A DNA stretch of 63,701 nucleotides from Octopus bimaculoides (Eukaryota), in assembly GCF_001194135.2 (NCBI RefSeq), contig NC_069002.1, positions 33,973,372 through 34,037,072 of the forward strand, given 5' to 3'. A program made the position numbers and the translations under genes. Shown piece after piece: positions 51,905 to 63,701 of the stretch. The notes under the pieces are model-generated. The model saw nothing but the letters and a program-made list of their open reading frames with translations. It did not search any database and was not told where the DNA came from. Position 1 is the first letter of the stretch; every line of letters begins with the position of its first letter.

Positions 51905-52197
51905 TTTTTAAATTGTTTCAGTTTAAAAGCTACGGTCATGCTGAGGCACCACTGTTGACTGTGCTACACCTCTGATATCTGTCATCTGGAACCCTTTACA
52001 AGAGGAAATCCAGTTTTGCTTTGAAGACACCTGCATCCATACCATGCAGGTCTCTCACACATTTTGGAAGGATATTGAAGAGCTGTGGGCCCTTAAAACC
52101 AAAGATGTTGCCGTATCTCGTCCTGTATTTTGACGAAGATACTGGGATATTTGGCACTATGCTATAGAATGATACCCCGTTCTGGTATTTGGAATTA
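51905..52197 (-). mobile_element. CR1-like LINE 3' end (RT C-terminus plus 3' tail)
   Basis: IVPNIPVSSSKYRTRYGNIFGFKGPQLFNILPKCVRDLHGMDAGVFKAKLDFLL*RVPD matches the CR1-group ending (F..RGP.LFN.LP..IR......FK.KLD..L..VPD), followed by tail ggtgcctcagcatgaccgtagc..actgaaacaa and an A-rich end. Confidence 0.8.
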
Positions 52198-52207
52198 TAT
52201 ATATATA

Positions 52208-52370
52208 TGAGCATCTTCCAGTTTCTGTCAACCAAATCCACTCACAAGTCTTCATCGGCTTGAAGCTATAGGAAAAGACACTTGGCCAAGGTATAATGCA
52301 GTGGAATTGAAACTTGAACCATATGTTTGGGAAGCAAGCTTCTTACTACCTAACCGTACTTGCGCCTATA
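52208..52370 (-). mobile_element. SINE family B 5' half
   Basis: ccagtttctgtcaaccaaatccactcacaag..gacacttggccaagg..gaagcaagcttcttactac..gcgccta. Confidence 0.8.
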
Positions 52371-52383
52371 GATATATATATGG

Positions 52384-52423
<40 letters not shown>

Positions 52424-52779
52424 ATATGCATGTATATCCAACCATCCTCCAAAATAATATTGAAGAGATATACGTACATGTATCTATAAATATATTTATA
52501 GATCTCTCTATCTATCCATATATCCGTGTGTTTGTGCGTAATCCTATGAATGTATATATGTACATACATCTATACATGTACTTATATAGTTATAAATATG
52601 TATATCTGTACATGCTTGTGCGTATGTGTATGTATTTATCTGTACATGCGTGTGTGTGTGTGTGAATGTATATAGAGAGAGTGAAACATAGAGAATGTGA
52701 AATTGGAAGAGAGATATAATAACTGATATTTGCAAATATATTAATTTGCTTCAGCAAAAGGAAAATATTACTATCTTCC

Positions 52780-52900
52780 AATACTTTTCTATTGACCTCT
52801 CCTTCAAATGAATCTCGGATTTTTACTTCTTTCATCATAATGTTACAATATGGATTCATTGAAGCATTCTTGTTTCTGTTGCATCATACATAAGCTAGAA
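52780..52900 (-). mobile_element. Possible RTE RT remnant
   Basis: Minus frame ATETRMLQ*IHIVTL resembles RTE ATEMRMLRW..GVT; many stops. Confidence 0.25.
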
Positions 52901-53780
52901 AACAATGCGTATAATAAATCGTATTGTAACCTTCATCTTCGATAAATAAACACTTATTTTCTATTCTGCGTATATCGTGTATTTTCAACTCTCTTTATAT
53001 CTTTATATTCTTTGCTTTTGTCATTGTTTTCACCAATATTAGAAGAAAGTCTCACAACATTACATTTCAAATTTTCCTGCATGGAATGAAATTGATGAGG
53101 TACTTCAATATCCCAACGGATTTTCACTCAGTAAGTCTTTCTAAGGATTCCTTGAAACAAGAATTGAATCATCAATTTTGAAGCTCATTCACTTGAGTGG
53201 ATATTATGAAGGAAATTATGTTTCACGAACAATTTCATTCAAATGCATTATAGCAACCTAAGCTAAAAGGACCTTTATGAATACAATAGCTCTTGTTATA
53301 AAGCATGATTAGTTGCTGTGGTGCTGTCACCTTTTCAATATTGGTATTGAAAAGATTCGTATTAAAATTCATATTATCTTAATCGACAATGATATATTAT
53401 GACAGCAAGCAATCCATGTAACATGGCGGTTGAACTCGCATGCTAAATGGTCTATAAGAGAGAATTAACCGTAGTAGATGTGTAGCTGATTGCTAGACAT
53501 AGCAGCTGGTGGATCCATGGAGAAAACATTGTGGAATCAATAATTGTTCCAGTACGTGGTATCGTTAACTATTAAAAATAGCAGCCAAGATTCCTCCAAC
53601 CCAATGATTGCATTTTTATATCAGAAATCACATGGGACATATTATTGTCAAATGTACAATCGAAAAATATGGGGTGGGTGGAGGTAATTATGGACCGGGA
53701 ATACAGTAAAAAATACACGCGTTCGACTAGAATTTACGTATGGCTAACAACATGAAATAAAACGTATTTGCATACATCTT

Positions 53781-53986
53781 CGAGGGGATTCTGAAAAGTA
53801 ACTGGCATTGGTTAAAAGAATATACAAGAGGATCAGTTAATTCAACATGTTCAAGTCACAGATTCACACACATATTGCAGTGGTCCTTCAATTTTTCTAA
53901 GCTCTGTCAAAGAAAACGGAATTTTGGGCCTGCAATAAGGCTTTTCGCGATCACACTAAATTTAGTGACACTCTACCACCGCCTCG
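53781..53986. mobile_element. Mariner-derived MITE-like relic
   Basis: Left end cgaggggattctgaaaagtaactggc and right end ccaccgcctcg-TA resemble mariner-type TA-CGAGG termini; TIR match is imperfect. Confidence 0.4.
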
Positions 53987-53991
53987 TATAA

Positions 53992-54046
<55 letters not shown>

Positions 54047-54061
54047 CATACATACACACAC

Positions 54062-54200
54062 CGTAGTAAGCACATAAATGTGAAAGAAGGTGGAAAAAAG
54101 AGTACTCAAATACCAGAGGTAGAGTAATATGCTTTATTTAAAAGCAGCAGAAGTATAGCAAAGGCTGTTACTCAGAATTTCACGTTCCCGTTCGTCGGGA
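54062..54200 (-). ncRNA. Hammerhead-ribozyme-like motif in a Penelope pseudo-LTR-like fragment
   Basis: Minus 54199 to 54164: CCGACGA - ACG ggaa CGT - GAAA - TTC t GAG - TA / acagc, with AATAAA downstream. The 5' strand of stem I is replaced by (TA)n. Confidence 0.5.
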
Positions 54201-55311
54201 ACTATATATACTATATATACTATATATACACATACATACATACATACATAAGTATAGATACATTTATATAAGTGTGTGTGTGTGTGTGTGTGTGCGTGTG
54301 TGTGTGTGTATGTGTGAGTATGTATATACGTTTGTGTTCTGTATGAGAATGGATATTCTATATGCGATAGAGTAAGTATAAATTGGGAAAAAGGAAGAGT
54401 GTGTTACGCCCCGAAGGTTGTTTTTTTTTTCTTTAATACAATGACCATAGTGTATCTTAAGTTGAATTTCTAACAGCAATACCGGAAATTACTTTCCCTC
54501 TGAGCTGTCATTCAATTTCCTCGTGGCAGGTGTTTGTCTTTCACAACGGTACGAAGTCACTGGAACGGTTCAACTCTCACACAACCACGCACATGTAAGA
54601 GATGACACCCTAAATGATATCAGTTAACAGTTTGCTGCATCTACATTGGTAGATAAAATCATAACTTAATCTATCATGACTCGTAACACGAATTTGGGTA
54701 AACGCTTTAAGTAGTTGTTATACTGAATTATATACGGCCAACAGTGTTAATCGCTAAAAGGTTATATATTTCTTTTTTGTTTGAGGAGAATAGCGATATA
54801 AATCTGAGGATTTAATTATTAGACCCTTTCAAACAATAAAAAATGATGATTCGGAGACATTAAGACCGACTCTATACCATTAGGTTTTATCTTATATACT
54901 CTGCGAAAAAAATACCAGTTCGATTATAAACGTAAGGAACAGATTTAATAAGACTTCGATTTGTTAGATATCACAAGCTCAGTATATTCTAAAAATTACC
55001 TTGTTGATTAATAAACAAGGAGTATAATATGTAGATAAATAGTGTCATGAATAACCTTTGGATAGAATATGTTTTAAGGTAACAATCAAAATAAAGTATG
55101 TCAAATAAGCGAAATGAACCAATGTTACGGATTTCCTTAGAGACAGGCCTAATATTCCGAACATCATGCCGAACTGATAGTATATATATATATATATATA
55201 TATATATNNNNNNNNNNNNNNNNNNNNNNNNNNNNNNNNNNNNNNNNNNNNNNNNNNNNNNNNNNNNNNNNNNNNNNNNNNNNNNNNNNNNNNNNNNNNN
55301 NATATATATTA

Positions 55312-55972
55312 CGAGCAGAAATACCTGGTGTTGTCCGGATTAAAGAAATGCCATCTAGATTACGCAGGTCTAAGCTGCTAGTAGTTGAGAGACCAACTTT
55401 CTACATTAAAAACTCTGCAACACATGCCAGTATGAAAACGTTTTCAACTTCTATAGGTATATGAAGTAAATACACGTAATTCAAAAACATGTTTTGTCTA
55501 ACTTATTTCGTAACCAAAAAACAGGTACAAATTATAAACAATGAAAGGCCAAGCGTAGAGTACACTCACACACACAAACAGACAGCGAATATATAACGTT
55601 ATTGTTTCACTTTTATACACAGATATATATTCACGCATTTCAGTCGAAAAGTGGAAGTGTCATAGTTATACTTGCTTTGAAACACAATGGTTTTACACTT
55701 CTGTATATGACATGGGCCTACTATTCATGTAAGTGCTTCTTCATATACTGTGTTTTCTGTCTTGCCATATTTATCACTGAAAATGTAGAGGCCCTTTTCA
55801 TCTCCAATTCTAGAAAATCCACATACAGCTGACCATGTGAAAAGCAAGGTTGAAGGAGGTTAAGTGCCACCACCTTTAGAGATTGATCTTGTGCTTTGAT
55901 GATAGACATTGCAAAACTAATTTTGACAGGAACCTGCAGTCTCTTGAACTGAAAAGGGAGCTAATTTGAGAT
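55312..55972 (-). mobile_element. Helitron 3' terminal segment (end of RepHel helicase, 3' UTR, hairpin, CTRR-like end)
   Basis: LPFQFKRLQVPVKISFAMSIIKAQDQSLKVVALNLLQPCFSHGQLYV / 1-nt shift / SRIGDEKGLYIF..VYEEALT* (stop 55725). Decayed hairpin ccggacaacaccagg (55338-55324) lies 12 nt before CTCG|T (canonical CTAG|T). The 5' boundary was not found. Confidence 0.8.
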
Positions 55973-57921
55973 GTGAAAACTTAAACTTACGGTGAAAACA
56001 ATATCGATTAAAGTTAATGGGAATAAAACAATGTCGTCTGAAAATTGAAACTGAAAACAATAGAAATTGAGATAGCGTGAGCGGTGGGCGACAGAGAGCT
56101 ACTTAGTTAAACATACAAATAAGAGAAATATAGATAGATAGCTATAGACTGATAAGATTTAGACATATAGATACAGAGAGATACAGAAATTGTGTATTAG
56201 GGAATCCCTCACTATACTTAGGTTGTTTGGGCCGAAAACTTTAAATAAATTCACTGAAGTGATCCCCTTCTGCAATCATAGGTTTTCCTCCACTTTCTTG
56301 AAGGTATATAGAAATAAACATAGAAAATATAAATATAAATAAGATTATTTGTCTGCGTTGTCAATTTGAACTTTTTTTAAAAAAAGTTACGACGTGGACT
56401 AGTCTTACCTCTTGACTATATAAGCCTGTCATATAGAAAAAATAATTTCTTTGCATGTCCTGATGTTTGTTTGTAATTGAGGAGGGGGTCATCACCGGAT
56501 TGCACTATGACGTGTATGGTCTACGGTGGTGAACCTTTGAAATGGCCATTGGTGCTTGTGTGTTTTTTGACCAGTGGTTTTTATGAACTTTTGTAAGTTT
56601 TGTGACCAAAGACGGATTTTACCTATGGGAGTCTGCTGTTAATACGTGTACCTTGAGGTAAGTACAGGACTTTCCAATATTACTTTAAATGATGTTAAAT
56701 TATTTTTGTCATTTTAAAGATGTGTCATCAGATGGACTATTATTTTTTTTTATTTTACTTCATTTTATCTTCTTCTATTTTGCTTTATTTGTCTATTTTG
56801 AATTTTTAGTCGCTTTATTTTATTCGAATTGAAATTATAAAAAAATGTATAATTTGATTTATTTGTATGTTATTAGTAGAAAAAAAAATATATATAAATT
56901 TCTATATTGTGCGTTTTATGTTGTATTTTATTTATTTATATATATTTTCTTATGTATTTGTGGACTTTGATGTATTTCTTATATATGACCGTTTATTGAG
57001 GGGACTGTTGTATGTTGAGTCGTTGACCCAAATGTAATGCTTTTATTCAGTAACTAATAATTTTTTTATCCCTGTCTCAATTAACTTGAGCACTTCTCTT
57101 GGCAGTCCTGTAAAAAACTAATTTGTTTCCTAATAAGANNNNNNNNNNNNNNNNNNNNNNNNNNNNNNNNNNNNNNNNNNNNNNNNNNNNNNNNNNNNNN
57201 NNNNNNNNNNNNNNNNNNNNNNNNNNNNNNNNNNNNNNNNNNNNNNNNNNNNNNNNNNNNNNNNNNNNNNNNNNNNNNNNNNNNNNNNNNNNNNNNNNNN
57301 NNNNNNNNNNNNNNNNNNNNNNNNNNNNNNNNNNNNNNNNNNNNNNNNNNNNNNNNNNNNNNNNNNNNNNNNNNNNNNNNNNNNNNNNNNNNNNNNNNNN
57401 NNNNNNNNNNNNNNNNNNNNNNNNNNNNNNNNNNNNNNNNNNNNNNNNNNNNNNNNNNNNNNNNNNNNNNNNNNNNNNNNNNNNNNNNNNNNNNNNNNNN
57501 NNNNNNNNNNNNNNNNNNNNNNNNNNNNNNNNNNNNNNNNNNNNNNNNNNNNNNNNNNNNNNNNNNNNNNNNNNNNNNNNNNNNNNNNNNNNNNNNNNNN
57601 NNNNNNNNNNNNNNNNNNNNNNNNNNNNNNNNNNNNNNNNNNNNNNNNNNNNNNNNNNNNNNNNNNNNNNNNNNNNNNNNNNNNNNNNNNNNNNNNNNNN
57701 NNNNNNNNNNNNNNNNNNNNNNNNNNNNNNNNNNNNNNNNNNNNNNNNNNNNNNNNNNNNNNNNNNNNNNNNNNNNNNNNNNNNNNNNNNNNNNNNNNNN
57801 NNNNNNNNNNNNNNNNNNNNNNNNNNNNNNNNNNNNNNNNNNNNNNNNNNNNNNNNNNNNNNNNNNNNNNNNNNNNNNNNNNNNNNNNNNNNNNNNNNNN
57901 NNNNNNNNNNNNNNNNNNNNN

Positions 57922-57966
<45 letters not shown>

Positions 57967-58941
57967 ATATCTACACACATGTATATATGTATATATATTT
58001 GTATATATGTGCATCAGTGATTGATTGCCTAACTGTACGTATTTAACGCAATGTGTATATTTTTCTGCTTCTAATTCTGAGTATATAACGTAATATGTTT
58101 TATGTCAGCGAGTGCGTGATCTTTTGTTACTAATTTGTAAAAGTTACGCTAATATTTTCATTGTTAGGTCTATATTTATATGAGAAACTTTCATGCAGCT
58201 CTGTTTTTCATCACTGCTCTACATTCGACTATTTCTACAAATCCGACTCGTTTTCGAATGATTGATGAATGTATTTTACACACATGAATATATATGAACA
58301 TACACACACACACACATAAATATATATATTTTATATATTTGTTTCGTAAGTACATGTATACGTATACATATATAAATATATAGAGACATTCATGTATCTT
58401 TATATATATATTATATATGATATATATTATATCCATATATATATATATATATATATANNNNNNNNNNNNNNNNNNNNNNNNNNNNNNNNNNNNNNNNNNN
58501 NNNNNNNNNNNNNNNNNNNNNNNNNNNNNNNNNNNNNNNNNNNNNNNNNNNNNNNNNNNNNNNNNNNNNNNNNNNNNNNNNNNNNNNNNNNNNNNNNNNN
58601 NNNNNNNNNNNNNNNNNNNNNNNNNNNNNNNNNNNNNNNNNNNNNNNNNNNNNNNNNNNNNNNNNNNNNNNNNNNNNNNNNNNNNNNNNNNNNNNNNNNN
58701 NNNNNNNNNNNNNNNNNNNNNNNNNNNNNNNNNNNNNNNNNNNNNNNNNNNNNNNNNNNNNNNNNNNNNNNNNNNNNNNNNNNNNNNNNNNNNNNNNNNN
58801 NNNNNNNNNNNNNNNNNNNNNNNNNNNNNNNNNNNNNNNNNNNNNNNNNNNNNNNNNNNNNNNNNNNNNNNNNNNNNNNNNNNNNNNNNNNNNNNNNNNN
58901 NNNNNNNNNNNNNNNNNNNNNNNNNNNNNNNNNNNNNNNNN

Positions 58942-58973
<32 letters not shown>

Positions 58974-59626
58974 GCACATCAGTTACACGTACACACATTT
59001 TAATATGTTGTGCTGGCAGTATGCAAATGTATGGAAGGCGAAGGAACAGAATTTTATTTGTTTCCCTTTCGCCGTTGCTTTCTTGCCGTTTGTAGATGCT
59101 TCATCATGTAAATTACATCGGTAATATATTTTAATTATATTTAGCTCCAAAATTTGACGCTTCTATTTTTAACAAACCCTATATGTATACGTTTTTATAC
59201 ACGTATAAGTTTTCTCGTACTTTCGTACGTGTATTTCTCTCGCTCTTTCCTTGTCCCCCCTCTCTCTCTCTCACCCACAAACTCTTCCTCTCCATCTATC
59301 TATCTATCTATCTGTCAAGCTTTCTGTCTCTCCATTTGTCGATTGGTCTATCTCCCTGCGTATCTCTCGATCTGTCTATTAATCTCTCTGTGTATCTCTG
59401 TCTCTCTGTCTGTGTATCTATCTATCTACCTACCTGTCTATCTGTCTCTCCCTCTCTCTATATATATGTAATATGTTTATCTATCTATCTATCTATCTAC
59501 CATTCTATTTATCTGCATAACCACCAATCTTTCTATCAAATTCATACGTGTACTGTATACATAACCACATGTATATATGAATTTGCAGGTATATAAATAT
59601 ATACATGTATATTTATAATATATACA

Positions 59627-59787
<161 letters not shown>

Positions 59788-60209
59788 ATATATATGTATT
59801 TTAAAATTATATATGTGAGTACATATACATTACCTGCATGTGCCTCTGTGTGTATGTATACATGCGTATATAAATTTAAACATGTATATGTATATAAATA
59901 GTGATAACAATACACACGCAGTAAGATGCGGACACACACACACATTATATATAATTCATTTACTTATATGCCGTACGTATCTGGCCAAGACAACCACCCG
60001 TTTGGTTTTTCTGAAGATAAGTGAGAAATAAATCTAATATAAATTTCCGTTGTTTGGACAAAATTGTTGTGTAGACATGATCTCAGTGGTAGGGTTATGT
60101 ACTCGGCTAATGATTGGTTTCCAGTCTTTATGTGCCGGTCCGAGTGGCATCGCGAGGGCATAATTCCAAGTTCAATTTGACCTTTCTCGAATAATGTTAA
60201 ACTGCACAT

Positions 60210-60790
60210 TATGGTGGTGGCTCTGGTGATTGTGGTGTCTGTGGTCTTAGAGGTGGCGATAGTGGTGTTGGCTGAGATGATGACGATGATGATGGTAAGG
60301 ATGTTGATGATGGCATAGTGATGACGAGGATGATGCTGACGATAATGATGAAGATAATGATGATGATGACGATGATGATGGTGATGTTCAAGACTACGAT
60401 GATGATGACCATGATGATGGGGGTGATGATGTTCATGCAGACGGTTTCGATTATATGGACGGTGATGATGTCACTCATGACGAGGATGCTGATGGTGATG
60501 AGTACGGTGATGGGCATGATGAAGATGATTTAGATAATAATGACAATGTTGATGGTAATGGTGATGATGCTGATGATGATGATGATGACGTCGACGATGA
60601 TCATGACGACGACGATGATGATGTTGATGGTGGTGTTAGTGAGGAGGAGAGTTGGTGAGGGTGTTGACGAAGGTGATAATGGTGAAGATTGTGGTGGTGA
60701 TAGCAATGTTTATTGTGATGCGGGCGATAAAATTCAGGACGAAATTGATGATGATGATGATGACCGCGGTGAAAGTGATGACACTAATGA
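60210..60790. repeat. (GAT)/(GGT) low-complexity block
   Basis: Imperfect trinucleotide runs. Confidence 0.9.
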
Positions 60791-60924
60791 TTGTAAAGGA
60801 TCAATAAGACGCTGTTTTTAGACGCTGTGATATCCAAATGCCACCAAATCTTTCGAAAACTTCACACACATTTACATCATTTATTTTCATTTATCATTAT
60901 TTATTTTGCACTAAATCTTCCGAA

Positions 60925-61190
60925 CCATGTATCATCATCATCATCTTCATCATTAATCATCCATACTAAAACCACCACCACCACCACCTCTACCACCATC
61001 CTAACCATCATCCTCATCATCGTCGTCATCATTATCAATCATCGCCAGCAGAACCACCACCACCGTCGTCGTTATCATCATCATCATCATTGCCATACAT
61101 TATCACAATCACCATCGTCATTATCACCATTATCATCGACATTCGTCATCGTTCCTATCATTATTATTCTGATGATCGGCATTTTTCATC
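60925..61190. repeat. (CAT)/(CAC) low-complexity block
   Basis: Imperfect trinucleotide runs, complementary in composition to 60210-60790. Confidence 0.9.
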
Positions 61191-61646
61191 GTATCCTTAT
61201 GATCGTTGAGGCCCTTGTATTAATCATTACGTGTTGTTTGCGGTTCCTTTTAATTTCATTAGTTTTTGCTGGGCGACTTTTGACAGATGCTTTAGTGCTC
61301 CAGGATAAAATACGTGGCGCTATAAATTGCGACAATTCCTTATCTGAGTTCAATTACCAAAAGGATCAAATTGCATTTCACTTCTAAACGGCCATTTGTC
61401 AATGTTAACGATTACACAGACTTCCTCGAAACAACTGATACGAAGCTTAAATTCGAAACCGTTTTGCTTAGCTTACCTTTAGATTTGATTTACATTCATT
61501 ATTCTCTTTGGCACACAAATCAAAAAAAACATTGTTAATTAATGGTGGTACATGCAATAGAGGCGAGGGTCTCTGCACTTTTAGGCTTTTAAAGACCTCT
61601 AGAATTGATATTGATAACGTTTAACTTACTAGCTTAATGGTATCAT

Positions 61647-61794
61647 GCTGTGTGGTAAGAAATTAGCTTCCAAAACACCTGGTTCCGAGTTTAGTCTCAC
61701 TGCATGACATCTAGGCCAGGTGTCTTTATCTGTCATCGAGAGCCAACTAAAGCCTTCTGAATAGATTCAGTAGGCAGAAACTGGAAAAATGCGT

Positions 61795-61889
<95 letters not shown>

Positions 61890-61916
61890 CTTGTATTTCG
61901 GAAGGATCTTTTTTTT

Positions 61917-61948
<32 letters not shown>

Positions 61949-62125
61949 CTTCGTATTTCTTAGTGTATGCACATGCCTTTATCCTCAACATCCCTTGCCA
62001 ACCAGTGATGTACGTGATGACAACCGGTGATGTATGTGTACGACCCTGTAACTTAGCGGTCAGTAAAAAGTGACCGATACAATTGGTAGTCTAAGCGACT
62101 AAAGACATATGTCCTCCAGAACACT
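61647..62125 (+). mobile_element. SINE family B, old copy with expanded internal microsatellites
   Basis: gctgtgtggtaag head to gcagaaactggaaa, then (TG)(TA)(CA) arrays, then gacaaccgg..gtaacttagcggtc..gaccgata. Confidence 0.7.
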
Positions 62126-62728
62126 ATTATATTTCCCTGTTGTCTCGTACTGGAATTTCAAATACCCATCCAAGCCAGCCATCTGCATTTTATTGACAAC
62201 TTAGTAAAATTCACATGGACATATGCGTAACTATCCATATCAATGCCCATGTCACACAGTGATTTGGATTCAGTGAGTGCAATCTGTCAGGAGCCAGCGT
62301 ATCCTGGGATTAAACAGCATCTTTTTGTCGTCAACACACCAGTGTGTTACATCCGAATCCTGTTGCCGCTGCGCAATATTTCTAATATTCTGTATCCTAA
62401 AAGAATTTTGTATCATCTTTATAACAAGCAAGGATGGCTAACTTATAAATTGTGGTCATGCCTAAGAAGGTAACTATAAATGACTATAGTCGTAGGACAA
62501 TTTACTTTTTATCACTTGTAATTGTTTGTTCTCCAAGTTTAGCCAGCTGTTATGGTAATATGAACGGAGTTGTGTATTCAAATCTCTTACCTACAAATTT
62601 ATACCTACACACACACACACACCCACACACACACACACCCACACACACACACACATGTAAACCAAAATGTATTGCGTATGGCTGTCCTCTAAGAGACGAC
62701 GATACTGCCATTTGATTTCGGGACGATA

Positions 62729-63098
62729 TGTCTTGAGGCTGTTTTATTCAGTGTGGTTCTTGCACTCGGTATTTATATTAATTGGGAGATAACTCCTGTC
62801 GCCCAAGCTTGAAGACCGCCAGGCCACGTGGTTTCAATCTGTATCTGATCTAGTGGGTATTCCTTGCAAGGCATGGCAGCACTTTACATCGCTTTTGACA
62901 TATATAGAAAATACAGTGTCGTACAATCACGGATTTCCTAACTAGAAAGCCAGTCCGTTAGAAAATCTCTGTTGGCGACGGAAGTTGTATACCAACCGAA
63001 AAGTACTGGTCTGGTTCTAGCGACTTGAATGTGGCTGTCTACTAAGACACAAAAGCACCACCATTTGACCTCAGGAAGACATCTCATGGCGTTAAGCA
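62729..63098 (-). mobile_element. Candidate solo LTR
   Basis: Minus strand runs TG...CA over 370 bp with TATAAATA followed about 25 nt later by AATAAA near the 3' end; no clean TSD. Confidence 0.25.
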
Positions 63099-63514
63099 TA
63101 TATANNNNNNNNNNATATATGTATGTATACGTATTTGTGTGAATGTTTATAGAATAATATTTCAGTTGTAGAAAGTTTAAAAAATGGTCTGGTTTTCACG
63201 GTTTTTATTATGGTATTTTAACATTAAATAGCATTCTGTTATGCTCATAAATTTAAATTAGCGCCTTCAGGAATTTCAGCTATTATATATGACTTTTTCA
63301 TTGAAAATAAAATAAGTACATACATACGTTCATACATAGGTACGTACGTACATACATAATACATACATACTGGATACAAAATGCACACATACACACTGTC
63401 TAAATACTAATCTTGAGAAATTAGTCTTCTCAAAATCAGAAAGGAGAAAGCTAATTCGAAGACTATAGATCCAATCCATTACTGGAACTGTAAAAATCCG
63501 TAAATATATATCTA

Positions 63515-63701
63515 TAGGTGCAAGAGTGGCTGTGTAGTAAGTAGCTTGCTTACCAGCCACAAGGTTCCGGGTTCAGTCCCACTGCGTGGCACATTGGGCA
63601 AGCGTCTTCTACTATAGCCTCGGGCCGACCAAAGTCTTGTGAGTGTATTTGCTAGACAGAAACTGAAAGAAGCCCGTCATATATCTGTATATATATATAT
63701 A
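63515..63701 (+). mobile_element. SINE family B 5' half running into its internal (TA) tract at the window edge
   Basis: taggtgcaagagtggctgtgtagtaag, ggttcagtcccactgcgtggc, ttgggcaagcgtcttctactatagcctcggg, gaaactgaaagaagcccgtc. Confidence 0.9.

Noticed and set aside
60827-61387. 186-aa ORF with His-rich and hydrophobic segments
   Set aside because: Mostly (CAT)n-derived; the terminal 35 codons match nothing I recognise.
62243-62475. 76-aa ORF ending at AAG|gtaact
   Set aside because: No homology recognised and no acceptor; cannot be supported without RNA data.

Overview
AT-rich, microsatellite-dense animal DNA from a gapped short-read assembly (most N-gaps are flanked by (TA)n). The SINE families and simple-repeat load suggest an octopus genome; this is inferred from recalled repeat families, not from a search. 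I found no supportable host protein-coding exon, so the window reads as intronic or intergenic. Nearly all ORF-track entries are translated microsatellites, gaps or TE debris. Recognisable content is a transposon graveyard: three Tc1/mariner-superfamily relics (Tc1 DD34E with TIRs, maT DD37D, mariner DD34D), an internally deleted Ty3/Gypsy element retaining gag, two Penelope-like GIY-YIG endonuclease remnants, a Helitron 3' end plus an identical 174-bp copy of part of it, CR1-like, RTE-like and ORF1-like LINE fragments, about 20 tRNA-derived SINE copies of at least 4 families, and three long inverted repeats. The most interesting signals are (i) a tRNA-headed element carrying a decayed hammerhead ribozyme motif, plus other hammerhead-like fossils, and (ii) modular SINE tails: one matching the local Gypsy LTR end, one matching a CR1-like LINE end, and identical SINE heads joined to alternative tails. 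Family labels A-D are my own working names.
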